Virus record (IMG/VR): IMGVR_UViG_3300019776_000461
Coordinates: 20,703-84,702 of that record
From: a virus
DNA: 64,000 nucleotides
Reading direction: 5' to 3' (one strand)
Both the position numbers and the translations under genes were made by a program. Positions 1 to 9,877 of the stretch are shown here, in pieces; the first letter of the stretch is position 1; each line of letters starts with the position of its first letter. Under the pieces are notes generated by a model. The model did no database searches and was not told the DNA's origin. It was given only the letters and a program-made list of their open reading frames with translations.

Positions 1-4
1 ACCT

Positions 5-3000
5 TTGTTTAATGACTTAAAACCACAATCGGTTTTAATAAATAAAGGTTTAGTATCCCCATTGAATAATATAGTTAATCCAGATATTGCTTTAGAGCGG
101 TCTGTTTTATCCTTTGAAAGAGCAACAGAATCACCAGAACTTGTAACTGATATACCAACAACCGATTACGTTACTATACCAGATACAAAGGTTTTTAGAG
201 TTGATTTAAAATCAAAATTAGAAAAAGATATAAGTGATTTGAATGTTGATGGAATACCTACAAAATATGTTCCTGTTTCAAAATTAATGGAAATGACTCC
301 AACTCAAATAGTTGATACCATTAGATACGACTTACAGTCATTGCAATTAGAAGACAACAGTAAATACAATTTGGATAAAGTTTTAAAAACTATACCATCT
401 GGTAGAAATGAAAATCCAGAAAAATCAAAATATTCTGTTATAGGAACTCAAGAATCTAATTTCTTTTCTAATGATTTTGCAGAAGGATTTACTGCAAGAC
501 AACAATTCGGTGATAGTAAATATGTTGGTGATTCAGCGTTTGGATGGCAAGGAAAAGCAAATGCAGCACCTGCCGTTAATTTTATACAAGACGTTAATAG
601 TCAAGGATTTCAAACATTTGCTCAGAACGGAAAAACTGCTTTCATTCTTAATAGTTCAAAATATGGTTTTGTAAATATACCAGAAACAGACTTTTTTGAT
701 GAAAATAACTTATATACAAAAGAAGGGTTCAAATCTTTTACGAGAAATTATGAATCTGCTTTTATAGAGAACTCATCTATATTCTCTTGGGATGGTAAAA
801 AAGATAAAGCACCAGAAGTAAATTATTTTGATATAGGTGGAATTAATACAACATCTGGCTTTACTAAATTAGCACAATTATATAATACCAATTATGTGTT
901 AGAATCTTCTCAATTTGATTGGGACGGAACTGCACCTGCTGTAAATTATTTTGATATTACAAATCAATACACTACTGATGGTTTTAAAACTTTATCTCAA
1001 CCATTTATATCGAGTTATATTCCTGACTCTTCTCAATATGATTGGGACGGAACACGTGATCAATCACCTGAAGTAAATTATTTTGATTTAATCGGTAGAT
1101 ATACTACTGCCGGATTTACAAAATTCGCACAGAACTATGACAGTAAATATATCCAAGATGCTTCACAATTCGACTGGGACGGTTCAAAAGAGCAGGTGCC
1201 AGTTGTAAACTACTTTGATATATCAAACGCCAATACAACCGATGGGTTTACGAAATTTGCACAAAATTTAGATACTAAATATATACCAGATTCTTCTATA
1301 TTCGATTGGGATGGCGCAAGAGCAGATGTTCCTGTTGTAAATTATTTTGACTTGACTAACACTTATACAAACGATGGATTTACTTCTTTCTCAAATTTGT
1401 ATGATAGTAAGTATATTCAAGATTCTTCACAATTCGACTGGAATGGTAAACGAGAAAATGTTCCAACTGTAAATTATTTTGATTTAACAAACGCACACAC
1501 TAATATTGGTTTTCATTCGTTTGCGGCTAAATTAGATTCTAAGTACATTAAAGAATCTTCTCAATTTGATTGGGATGGAACACGAGTTAAAGCACCGGCT
1601 GTTGATTACTTTGATTTAACAAAGAGAAACACAACATCTGGGTTCACAACATTTCATCAGCTGAATGATTCAAAATATGTAAAAGAATCTTCAATATTCG
1701 ATTGGGACGGTGTTCGTTCACAAGCACCTGCGGTAAACTATTTAGATTTATTGAAACAATATACAACCGAAGGATTCAACACCTTTACTCAGTTTGAAAT
1801 AACAAAATATATTCCTGATTCTTCTCAATTTGATTGGAATGGAACACGCTCAGATGCTCCAGCTGTGGATTACTTTGATGTTTCCAAAAAGAATACAACA
1901 GTTGGTTTCCATACGTTCGCAAGAAAATATGAGAGCAAATACGTACCAGAATCATCAGAATTTGATTGGGACGGAACAAAACAAAAAGCACCAGCGGTTG
2001 ATTACTTTGACTTAACTAAGAAATTTACTACGGTGGGTTTCCATACGTTTGCAAGAAAATTAGAAACAAAATATATACCAGAATCATCTGAGTTTGATTG
2101 GGATGGTAAGAAGCAAAAAGCTCCTGCGGTTAATTACTTTGACTTGAATAAAAGAAACACAACAATAGGGTTTCACACATTCGCACAACAGTATGATACA
2201 AAGTATATACCAGAATCTTCAATATTCGATTGGGATGGAAATAGAGGTAAAGCACCTGCTGTAAATTATTTTGATTTATCAAATATTGCAACATCAAAGG
2301 GTTTTCATATATTAGCACAACAACAAGAACCAACATCATATCAAACAACTGGTACTCGATTGAAAGATGGTGCATCTCGTTTTGATTGGGATGGTACACG
2401 AGATAAAGCACCCGAAGTAAATTATTTTGACGCTAATAAAATTGTAACTTCTAAAGGTTTCCATAAGTTTGCTGCCCCACTTGAACCAACAAAATATCAA
2501 AACGATGGTAAGTCATTGAAAGATGATGCTACTATTTTTGATTGGGATGGTTTACGTGATAAAGCAAATGAAATTGATTTTTTTGATTCAACTAAAAGAT
2601 TTACTAAAAAAGGTTTTCATAGGTTAGCACAACAGTTAGAACCAACCCAATACAATCACGAGGCTTCCGACTATACCTTTAAGGGAACTAAACCAGAAAC
2701 TGGTATTAACTATTTTGACTCTAATACAAGAAATGCATCTGGTTTCACACAAAAGGCAGAACCATTACAGACTGAATATAAGCACGAGTCTTCAAATTTT
2801 GGATTTACAGGTAAATTACCAAATCCGATTGATTTCTTTGATAACAAAGATTCAGATGGTTTTGTGTTAAATACAGAACCACTTCAAAGTAAATTTAAGG
2901 AAGACACTAGTAGGTTTACATTTGTAGGAAAAAGAAGTAATGCACCTGCAATTGATTATATAGAAAATAAAAATGCTCCAGGATTTAAGTCATTTCCTGC

Positions 3001-6000
3001 ATTACTTGAATCTAACTATGATTTAGATTCTACACAATTTGGTTGGAGAGGTGGACGTATAAATGCACCAGAAGTAGATTTCTTAGATAATGCTGCTTCG
3101 AGTGGTTTTACAACATTCGCACAGACATATCAAAGTTTTTATACTGAAGATTTTGGTAAATATAATTGGAAAGGAGCACGTTCAGAAGCACCAAATGTTA
3201 GTTGGTTTGGTATTACGCCAAAAAGAAAAATGCAACTACCAGATTTGGATTCTGCTACTCGTAGTGTTATGACTGACCAAGGGTTTAAAACTTTCTTTGA
3301 AAATAAAGAAAATACAAACTTAGCGTCAAGTTATTCAACACTATCAACTGAAAATGGACAAAATAAATCTGCGATTAATAATATTCCTATGACCAATTTC
3401 TTTGGTTATACTCCTTCTACAAGAAATGGCTTTATGATAAAAATGTCATCAACTAGTGATACTATGTACCCAATAGTTTCACCTATGATGAAATATGATT
3501 TACAGATTCAACAAAGAACTCCTATTCAAATATCAAGAGGTGAACTACAAGGTGGACTTGTTAAAGATAGAGAATTGTATGCACCTAACGCTTTTGGTAA
3601 AAAAATAGTAGGTTCAACTACATCTGGTAAATTGGCTTCATTGCAAAACCAAGTACCAGATTCTAAAGTTAAAACTGATGCTTCTTACTATGGAAGAACA
3701 TACGAAGAAAATGTAAGAAATTTTACTGATAAACAAGGTTATGTAAGTAAATGGGCATTAAAACGTAACTCACCGTCACCGTTGGATTTACAATACTCTA
3801 AGTTTAATTTAAGAGCGGATGCTTATAATCCAGACTTCTTAGGTTCAGCAGACCAACCATTCGTGTTGAGAGATATTGGACAGAGATGGGGATTTGGTGC
3901 AAACTTTGATGAAGGACTCGTTCGTGGTGGTGCTGTTACAATGGCAGACCGTATTCTCAATGACGTAATACGTGTTGGTAAATTCTTGGTAACGGGTAAA
4001 GGTTTACTGTTCTTAGCAAAACAAGTTGGTTTACAATTAATGAATCCGAATGTAGATGAAAGACCAGCGAACGGTATTATCGATTCATTAGCTTCAGCAA
4101 CTTCATTTGGAATGTCACCAACACAAATTTTCAATCCTGCTGCTTTAATTGCAAATACAGGTGGTGCACCAATTGGTTTAAGATTACCAAGACATAGTTT
4201 GTTGGGTGCTTTAGATTCATCGATGTTGAACAGATACGGTGATACTGCTATAAAAAGAGAATTTTTAGCTGATGGTACGCCTGCTGGTTCAAATTTCAAA
4301 GGATTAGAAGTACCAGAAAGTGATGGTGATCAAACAGATTACAGTAGATTAATCGGATTGATGAAAGAATTATTACCTAATTCATTCAAACCAAATGTTT
4401 CTGGTTTAACATTTGATCATGAACATTCAAAAATATACAGAGTTTCAAGTGGATTTGGTGGACCAGGTGCTCCATTGGGAATCGGTGGTACAAAAATAAG
4501 AAGAGCGAGACATCCGTACCTTACTTATTATACAACTAATGCGTTATTAACCGAACAACCTACACCACCACCATCAACATCAACAACGTCAGGTGGAGGT
4601 GCAGGTGCTGCAGCAGCAGCCGCAGCAGGAACAGCCGCAGCAGCAGCAGGTGTGGCATCCGTTGCAGGACTTGGGGCAAGTGGTAATCCAGCATACCAAA
4701 CAACTGCTTTAAGAAATCAATTTTATAGTTTGTCAGATAAAGAAGGTAATTCTTCTCCAGGTGGTTCTTATTCCGCTGAATTGTTGAGAGAGTATACTCA
4801 AAATGATAGAAAGATATTTGGTATGCTCCGAGGACTTGCAAACATGTTACCGAATGGTCCAAGTGAAACTGTAAGTGCAGCAGGTGGAACACCAACAAGT
4901 GCATCATCAGCACCATCTATGTCATTACACACTCAAACTATAACAAGAATTGGTGGTATGAATACTTTCAATCCTACCACTAAAATATTTTCAAGTAGGA
5001 TAAAACCATCAGATTTTAGTGCTGCTGCAAACAACAATGAGTTTCCTTTGGAGAGAAATAATCCAAATGAAACCGATCCATTGAAGAAGTATTTAACTGC
5101 AACTTATAGCAATTTAAGAAAGGCGGATGTTGGTAGTATATCCCGTTCTCGTAAGTACAATGATTTTAGATTTGATTTGTACAATAATCCAGTTGGTGCT
5201 GCTTCTGGTAGTACCGAAGTTGGAGACCAATTAAAGACACGTGAATATGTTATGAGTGACCCAAAATATGTTAATTATGATAAATTAAATTTAGAAAGAA
5301 ATTTTGGAATGGGTTCTCATGGTGAGCCAGGCACTCAAAGAAATTTACCATTTATAACAAATGTTCAATATAAAAAACACAAATTGACTGGTGCTACTGT
5401 TCCAACGGTAAAACCTGGTAGACAATTTAGAGGTGACCGAATAAACATAATTGATTATAAACGAGTATCAAAAGCAATTAGTAAAAATTTAGTATATGAG
5501 AAAGGGCAATACGGAGATGGTTCAGTTCCAGGCTCTGATGATTTAGTAGAATTTTACTTCACAGGTTTGAAAATTAGAGCAGGTGGTGTTAATAAACCTG
5601 CTGAAATTATAGCGTTTCGTGCTACATTTGATAATATTCAAGATACACATAGTCCAAAATGGAATGCCATAAAATACATGGGTAGAGGAGACCCACTCTA
5701 TACTTACGATGGTTATGAAAGAAGTATTTCATTTGGATTTACTGTGCACATTGGTTCTCGTGATGAAATGAAAGCATCATGGAGGAAGTTGAATTATCTT
5801 GCATCATGGACTGCTCCTGAATATACATCCGCTGGTTTAATACGTGGACCTGTTGTTCGTTTGAATATTGGCCATTTGTATCGTAAAATGCCAGGATTTA
5901 TAAGTTCATTATCATATACTTTTGACAATGCAGGTGGTGTATGGGAAACAGCAAACTTATCACAAGATAAGAATTTGAAAGTAAAGTCTGCTCCAAATGA

Positions 6001-6778
6001 TGCAAATCCTAATGTATTGCTTTCTTCACCTGGTGTCTTACAATTACCTAAAACTGTTCAAGTATCTGTTGGATTTACTCCGTTTGGTGTATATCGTCCA
6101 GAATACAATGGTGTTATGTACTCATTGTATGACGATGGTAATAGTACAGGTGATTCACCAGAGAGTGGATTGATGCCAACATCTAATACTAAGGTAAATT
6201 ACTTCAGAGCGTTTGACGCAGATGACGCTGGTAATGTAGTTGACGCATTGGATCCAGATAATGTAGTTCTATTGAATTCACCTAAACCAGACGGTAAAGA
6301 AGCAGAATTGGTAGAAGTTGTTACCGAGAAGCGAGATAATTTAACTGAAGCAGAAGATGATCCATCTACGAATCCAAAATCTCCAACAACAGTTGGAAGT
6401 GGTACAAATAATGCAGCACCAGCAACAACACCGGGTTCAGGTGTTCTGGCATCAGCAGCTAATCCAGAAAATACAACTCCTGATACAAATACACTATCTG
6501 CAAATAATTTAACTGGATTAGGAGCAACTTCACCAAATCCATTTACTCCTCAACCATTTAGAGTAGTACCAACAACTGCACCTGCTAACGTACCAACTCC
6601 AACAACTGGTTGGGAAAGTCTAAATAAGACTGGACAAACAAACTTACCAGTTGCTGGTTCTAATGCAACAGGTGGTACTGAACTCGGACTTGATTATCAA
6701 GATTTATATAAAAATGTAGGCGCTACTTCTGGATCTAGTGATAAGAAAGTAAGTAAAAAGAAGAAAAAGCGTGGATAA
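5..6778 (+). CDS. Large repeat-containing baseplate/tail-associated protein (5' partial; frame open at window edge)
   Basis: 2257-aa ORF with tandem 44-aa repeats in the N-terminal half. The C-terminal segment (WNAIKYMGRGDPLYTYDGYERSISFGF...PVVRLNIGHLY...GFISSLSYTF) resembles tail-tube-initiator/gp48-like domains. Followed by LysM and hub genes. Confidence 0.6.
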   Translation: MFNDLKPQSVLINKGLVSPLNNIVNPDIALERSVLSFERATESPELVTDIPTTDYVTIPDTKVFRVDLKSKLEKDISDLNVDGIPTKYVPVSKLMEMTPTQIVDTIRYDLQSLQLEDNSKYNLDKVLKTIPSGRNENPEKSKYSVIGTQESNFFSNDFAEGFTARQQFGDSKYVGDSAFGWQGKANAAPAVNFIQDVNSQGFQTFAQNGKTAFILNSSKYGFVNIPETDFFDENNLYTKEGFKSFTRNYESAFIENSSIFSWDGKKDKAPEVNYFDIGGINTTSGFTKLAQLYNTNYVLESSQFDWDGTAPAVNYFDITNQYTTDGFKTLSQPFISSYIPDSSQYDWDGTRDQSPEVNYFDLIGRYTTAGFTKFAQNYDSKYIQDASQFDWDGSKEQVPVVNYFDISNANTTDGFTKFAQNLDTKYIPDSSIFDWDGARADVPVVNYFDLTNTYTNDGFTSFSNLYDSKYIQDSSQFDWNGKRENVPTVNYFDLTNAHTNIGFHSFAAKLDSKYIKESSQFDWDGTRVKAPAVDYFDLTKRNTTSGFTTFHQLNDSKYVKESSIFDWDGVRSQAPAVNYLDLLKQYTTEGFNTFTQFEITKYIPDSSQFDWNGTRSDAPAVDYFDVSKKNTTVGFHTFARKYESKYVPESSEFDWDGTKQKAPAVDYFDLTKKFTTVGFHTFARKLETKYIPESSEFDWDGKKQKAPAVNYFDLNKRNTTIGFHTFAQQYDTKYIPESSIFDWDGNRGKAPAVNYFDLSNIATSKGFHILAQQQEPTSYQTTGTRLKDGASRFDWDGTRDKAPEVNYFDANKIVTSKGFHKFAAPLEPTKYQNDGKSLKDDATIFDWDGLRDKANEIDFFDSTKRFTKKGFHRLAQQLEPTQYNHEASDYTFKGTKPETGINYFDSNTRNASGFTQKAEPLQTEYKHESSNFGFTGKLPNPIDFFDNKDSDGFVLNTEPLQSKFKEDTSRFTFVGKRSNAPAIDYIENKNAPGFKSFPALLESNYDLDSTQFGWRGGRINAPEVDFLDNAASSGFTTFAQTYQSFYTEDFGKYNWKGARSEAPNVSWFGITPKRKMQLPDLDSATRSVMTDQGFKTFFENKENTNLASSYSTLSTENGQNKSAINNIPMTNFFGYTPSTRNGFMIKMSSTSDTMYPIVSPMMKYDLQIQQRTPIQISRGELQGGLVKDRELYAPNAFGKKIVGSTTSGKLASLQNQVPDSKVKTDASYYGRTYEENVRNFTDKQGYVSKWALKRNSPSPLDLQYSKFNLRADAYNPDFLGSADQPFVLRDIGQRWGFGANFDEGLVRGGAVTMADRILNDVIRVGKFLVTGKGLLFLAKQVGLQLMNPNVDERPANGIIDSLASATSFGMSPTQIFNPAALIANTGGAPIGLRLPRHSLLGALDSSMLNRYGDTAIKREFLADGTPAGSNFKGLEVPESDGDQTDYSRLIGLMKELLPNSFKPNVSGLTFDHEHSKIYRVSSGFGGPGAPLGIGGTKIRRARHPYLTYYTTNALLTEQPTPPPSTSTTSGGGAGAAAAAAAGTAAAAAGVASVAGLGASGNPAYQTTALRNQFYSLSDKEGNSSPGGSYSAELLREYTQNDRKIFGMLRGLANMLPNGPSETVSAAGGTPTSASSAPSMSLHTQTITRIGGMNTFNPTTKIFSSRIKPSDFSAAANNNEFPLERNNPNETDPLKKYLTATYSNLRKADVGSISRSRKYNDFRFDLYNNPVGAASGSTEVGDQLKTREYVMSDPKYVNYDKLNLERNFGMGSHGEPGTQRNLPFITNVQYKKHKLTGATVPTVKPGRQFRGDRINIIDYKRVSKAISKNLVYEKGQYGDGSVPGSDDLVEFYFTGLKIRAGGVNKPAEIIAFRATFDNIQDTHSPKWNAIKYMGRGDPLYTYDGYERSISFGFTVHIGSRDEMKASWRKLNYLASWTAPEYTSAGLIRGPVVRLNIGHLYRKMPGFISSLSYTFDNAGGVWETANLSQDKNLKVKSAPNDANPNVLLSSPGVLQLPKTVQVSVGFTPFGVYRPEYNGVMYSLYDDGNSTGDSPESGLMPTSNTKVNYFRAFDADDAGNVVDALDPDNVVLLNSPKPDGKEAELVEVVTEKRDNLTEAEDDPSTNPKSPTTVGSGTNNAAPATTPGSGVLASAANPENTTPDTNTLSANNLTGLGATSPNPFTPQPFRVVPTTAPANVPTPTTGWESLNKTGQTNLPVAGSNATGGTELGLDYQDLYKNVGATSGSSDKKVSKKKKKRG
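530..3210 (+). repeat. Intragenic tandem repeat, ~132 bp / 44 aa, ~14 conserved plus ~6 degenerate copies
   Basis: Consensus S(Q/I)FDWDGxxxxAPAVNYFDLxxxxTTxGFxxFAxxxxSKYIxES; W codons at 1571 and 1703 are 132 nt apart. Confidence 0.9.
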
Positions 6779-6781
6779 AGA

Positions 6782-6789
6782 TATTTATA
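6782..6789 (+). promoter_or_regulatory. Putative late promoter motif TATTTATA
   Basis: Same octamer recurs in intergenic gaps at 11544, 23231, 30534, 55450, 59254; 7-mer TATTTAT at 11104; variant TACTTATA at 19540 and 43693. Confidence 0.55.
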
Positions 6790-6826
6790 TATAATTAGTT
6801 TTATCTATAATCGTATTAGAGGATTT

Positions 6827-7162
6827 ATGTCAAAGCGATATAACGGAACGTACATAGTTAACAATGCAAGAAAAGAAGACTCGGATGGTAAAGTTCGCCT
6901 TATTAGGAGACTTTCTACTGTTTTTTATCCAAATTTTTCTAAAGCAGAAGATACACAAATTCTTTCACAAGAAGGTGATAGACTTGATATTATAGCTAAA
7001 GAATATTATGGTGATGAATCTCTTTGGTTTGTTATTGCTAAAGTAAATAATCTTGGAAAAGGTAGTTTAAATGTTCCAGCTGGTACAATTTTAAGAATAC
7101 CATATTACCAAGAAGACACAGGAATAGTATCGTTACTGAATAATTACAACAGTTGGAGATAA
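6827..7162 (+). CDS. LysM-domain baseplate protein (gp53/tail X-like)
   Basis: QEGDRLDIIAKEYYGDESLWFVIAKVNNL...GTILRIP is a typical LysM/tail-X pattern. Confidence 0.8.
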   Translation: MSKRYNGTYIVNNARKEDSDGKVRLIRRLSTVFYPNFSKAEDTQILSQEGDRLDIIAKEYYGDESLWFVIAKVNNLGKGSLNVPAGTILRIPYYQEDTGIVSLLNNYNSWR

Positions 7163-7166
7163 TATT

Positions 7167-9167
7167 ATGCCAACTTGGGGTGGAACATACGAAAATCCTT
7201 TCTACCATAACGTTAGAGGAAATGTAAAGGGTGAATTAAATGCAAGAGCAAAACATTACGGAACACGAGTAAGAGCAGGAAAAACTAATACATCATTAGA
7301 ATGGTCTTATGGAAAAACAGCATATGGTCATGTAAAAGGTGCATCAGGAGTTACACTTGGTTTCCCTGGTGCAAAAGTTATGTCTGATATGAGTGGTAAT
7401 ATTAAATTATATAATTCAAGAAATGTACCGAAGTTTCCACTTTTACAATCGATTGATGTTACAAACGATGGTACTGTTGGTTCTTTATTGCGTGGTAAAT
7501 TTGTATTTACATATTTTCCAGAACTTGGCTCTGGTGGATTTAATATGTCTGGTTTAGATAAAGCGTTCTTCACACCAGGCGTGGAAGTAAGTCTTTCTTG
7601 GGGTTGGAGTTATGGTGGACCATCTTGTAGACAATCATTTACAGGTATAGTAAATAACTTCAATTGGTCTTTTAATCCAGACCTTTCAATGACGGCTGAC
7701 TGTTCTGTTGTTTCCGCAGCAACACTCGCACTTGGTTTATCTGGTGATCAATCAATTAACATGGAAAATACAGGAACATCAACTGAGGTGAAAGATCCAG
7801 CAGAAGTACCCATTCAAGCAAGTAATCTTGCTTCTGTTATTGATGTGGATTTGGGATTGGGTAATAAGGATGAAGAGAAAACAGATTCCGAACAAACACC
7901 ACCACCACCACCCGATGCAAGTGCCGGAGGTGGAGGAGTTGTAACATGGGAAGCAGTTAAAGCTGGTGATATTACTACGATACCTGCTGGAAGTACAATA
8001 AACAAACTTTTAGATTATATAGGGATAGGTTGGCCATTCCAAGAAGAATCACCCGAAGAAGAAGAAGTTGATGGTAAAAAAGAAGAAACACCACCAGAGG
8101 GTGAAGCTCCTGTAAAAACATTTTGGTATATTACAATTGACTCACTTGTTGATTTTGGTAATAAACTCATAAAGGCTTTTGAAAAAGGTGGGAAGGGGTT
8201 GAGTCAAGTATTTACTTTACAAGTTGAAGGGAATTACACTTGTCTTGTGGATATACAATCAGCATACCCAATGGACGTAATATTTCCAAGTGCAACGATG
8301 GGTGTATATGGTGACTGCGCTCCAGCATATCCATTCCAATGGGATTCGAGTGGTAAAGGAGAAATTGGTAAAATTTTATTAGGCGTTGACCATGTAAAAA
8401 AGAGTTATAAAGAATTTGTAGCAGAAAATACTGCAAATATACCTTATAAGAATATAACTAAGTTTTTTGAAACTATATTGAAACAAGTAAACATTGCGTC
8501 AGGTGATATGTACCAGATAAGTGCTGTTTTATGTGAACCACCTTCAAACTTTGATGGAAATGTAGAATCAAAGTTAGCAAAATCGGTGGTATCAATTGAA
8601 GATAGTAATTTATGTAAAACATATACTGATAGTGTTAAACCATTAAAGTTTGAAGCAACTATATTCAAACCACTAATAAAATCTGTTAGTATATCATCAA
8701 AACCACCTGCTGCAATGACTGCTGCAGCGTATGTTCAACAAAGAGGTAATGCACCATCAAATACGGAAAATAAAGCAGACGCACCAAAGGGAGCGGAGGG
8801 TGAATTGACAAAAGCAAAAGACTCACGAACTAAAGCAGTTGAGAACTTTACTAAAACTGGTTTTAATCTAGCTTGGTGTGAAGGATTCCGTGGTATTCTA
8901 ACTACAATTAAAAAAAATTCAAGTAACCCTAAAGATGCACATTGGTTAAATCAAGCACTTTATCCAATAGACTTTACAGTTACGATAGATGGTGTAAGTG
9001 GATTTAGATTTGGCGATGTTGTTTCAACTTCACTCGTTCCAACTTCTTATATTAGAGCATCATTAGTTTTTGTTGTTACTAAAATAGATCATAAAATAAC
9101 AGCAGCGGCATGGGAAACAACATTACATACTGCTGCAAGAATTGCAATGGATGGAAGTACACTTTAA
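7167..9167 (+). CDS. Putative baseplate hub protein
   Basis: Follows the LysM gene; LSWGWS, GIVNNFNWSFN and the C-terminal TIDGVSGFRFGD...FVVTKIDHKITAAAWETTL resemble gp27/VgrG-like hub proteins. Confidence 0.55.
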   Translation: MPTWGGTYENPFYHNVRGNVKGELNARAKHYGTRVRAGKTNTSLEWSYGKTAYGHVKGASGVTLGFPGAKVMSDMSGNIKLYNSRNVPKFPLLQSIDVTNDGTVGSLLRGKFVFTYFPELGSGGFNMSGLDKAFFTPGVEVSLSWGWSYGGPSCRQSFTGIVNNFNWSFNPDLSMTADCSVVSAATLALGLSGDQSINMENTGTSTEVKDPAEVPIQASNLASVIDVDLGLGNKDEEKTDSEQTPPPPPDASAGGGGVVTWEAVKAGDITTIPAGSTINKLLDYIGIGWPFQEESPEEEEVDGKKEETPPEGEAPVKTFWYITIDSLVDFGNKLIKAFEKGGKGLSQVFTLQVEGNYTCLVDIQSAYPMDVIFPSATMGVYGDCAPAYPFQWDSSGKGEIGKILLGVDHVKKSYKEFVAENTANIPYKNITKFFETILKQVNIASGDMYQISAVLCEPPSNFDGNVESKLAKSVVSIEDSNLCKTYTDSVKPLKFEATIFKPLIKSVSISSKPPAAMTAAAYVQQRGNAPSNTENKADAPKGAEGELTKAKDSRTKAVENFTKTGFNLAWCEGFRGILTTIKKNSSNPKDAHWLNQALYPIDFTVTIDGVSGFRFGDVVSTSLVPTSYIRASLVFVVTKIDHKITAAAWETTLHTAARIAMDGSTL

Positions 9168-9175
9168 TAAGAATT

Positions 9176-9871
9176 ATGCCAAGAAAAAAAATATATTACC
9201 CAGATGAACAGATTCAAAAAAACCTTTTTACAGAAGGTAGAGAATACATGTTCTTAGATGATTGGCAAGAATATACTGGTTATTACCATAAATATTCTAC
9301 TGGTGAGGTATATACTGAAAAAGAATGGGATGCTCAAAAGTCAAAGAGATTAATCAGATTCAAAGCAGGTAGTGATAGTTATTTCAAATATTTAGATTTG
9401 AAGCAATTTACCGTATTTCAAAACGGTGACAAGAAAAAAATAGCAGGTGGTGCTCAAAATCAATATTACAGATACGCTTCTCCTCGTGTTGTTAAAATAG
9501 TACCAAATCAGTCTGAATTAAATACTGGACTTGTAATGCGATACTTTGTTTATAAAAGAAATGAACCAGAGCGTGTGTTTTTTGAGATAGATAAAAAACA
9601 AGTTAAAGATTATAAATCTACAAACAGAGGAATTAACCATTTATTGTATGGGGTGATTACAATAGGTTGGAAAACGGGTGGACCAGAGTATGATGTATAT
9701 GATGGTGATATATTGGTTACACCAGGAGTTGTTGATACTAATAAAAGAATTATTAAGAGATATTCAAAAAAATTCCCTATGTTAGCTAAATTCATAACCA
9801 ATTACAGAAAATTCTCAAAGTATGATACAGGATTTTCAAATTTAACTACTGGTTGCATTAATTGTAAATAA
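9176..9871 (+). CDS. Hypothetical phage protein (start moved to MPRKK)
   Basis: ATG 9176 lies just after the upstream stop; the longer start overlaps the previous gene. Confidence 0.6.
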   Translation: MPRKKIYYPDEQIQKNLFTEGREYMFLDDWQEYTGYYHKYSTGEVYTEKEWDAQKSKRLIRFKAGSDSYFKYLDLKQFTVFQNGDKKKIAGGAQNQYYRYASPRVVKIVPNQSELNTGLVMRYFVYKRNEPERVFFEIDKKQVKDYKSTNRGINHLLYGVITIGWKTGGPEYDVYDGDILVTPGVVDTNKRIIKRYSKKFPMLAKFITNYRKFSKYDTGFSNLTTGCINCK

Positions 9872-9877
9872 AATATT

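Noticed and set aside
530-3210. 132-bp repeats as CRISPR or DGR template/variable repeats
   Set aside because: In-frame protein repeats with synonymous divergence; no adenine-specific pattern noticed and no reverse transcriptase in the window
4590-4680. GC-rich GCA-repeat patch as foreign DNA
   Set aside because: Encodes an in-frame Gly/Ala linker
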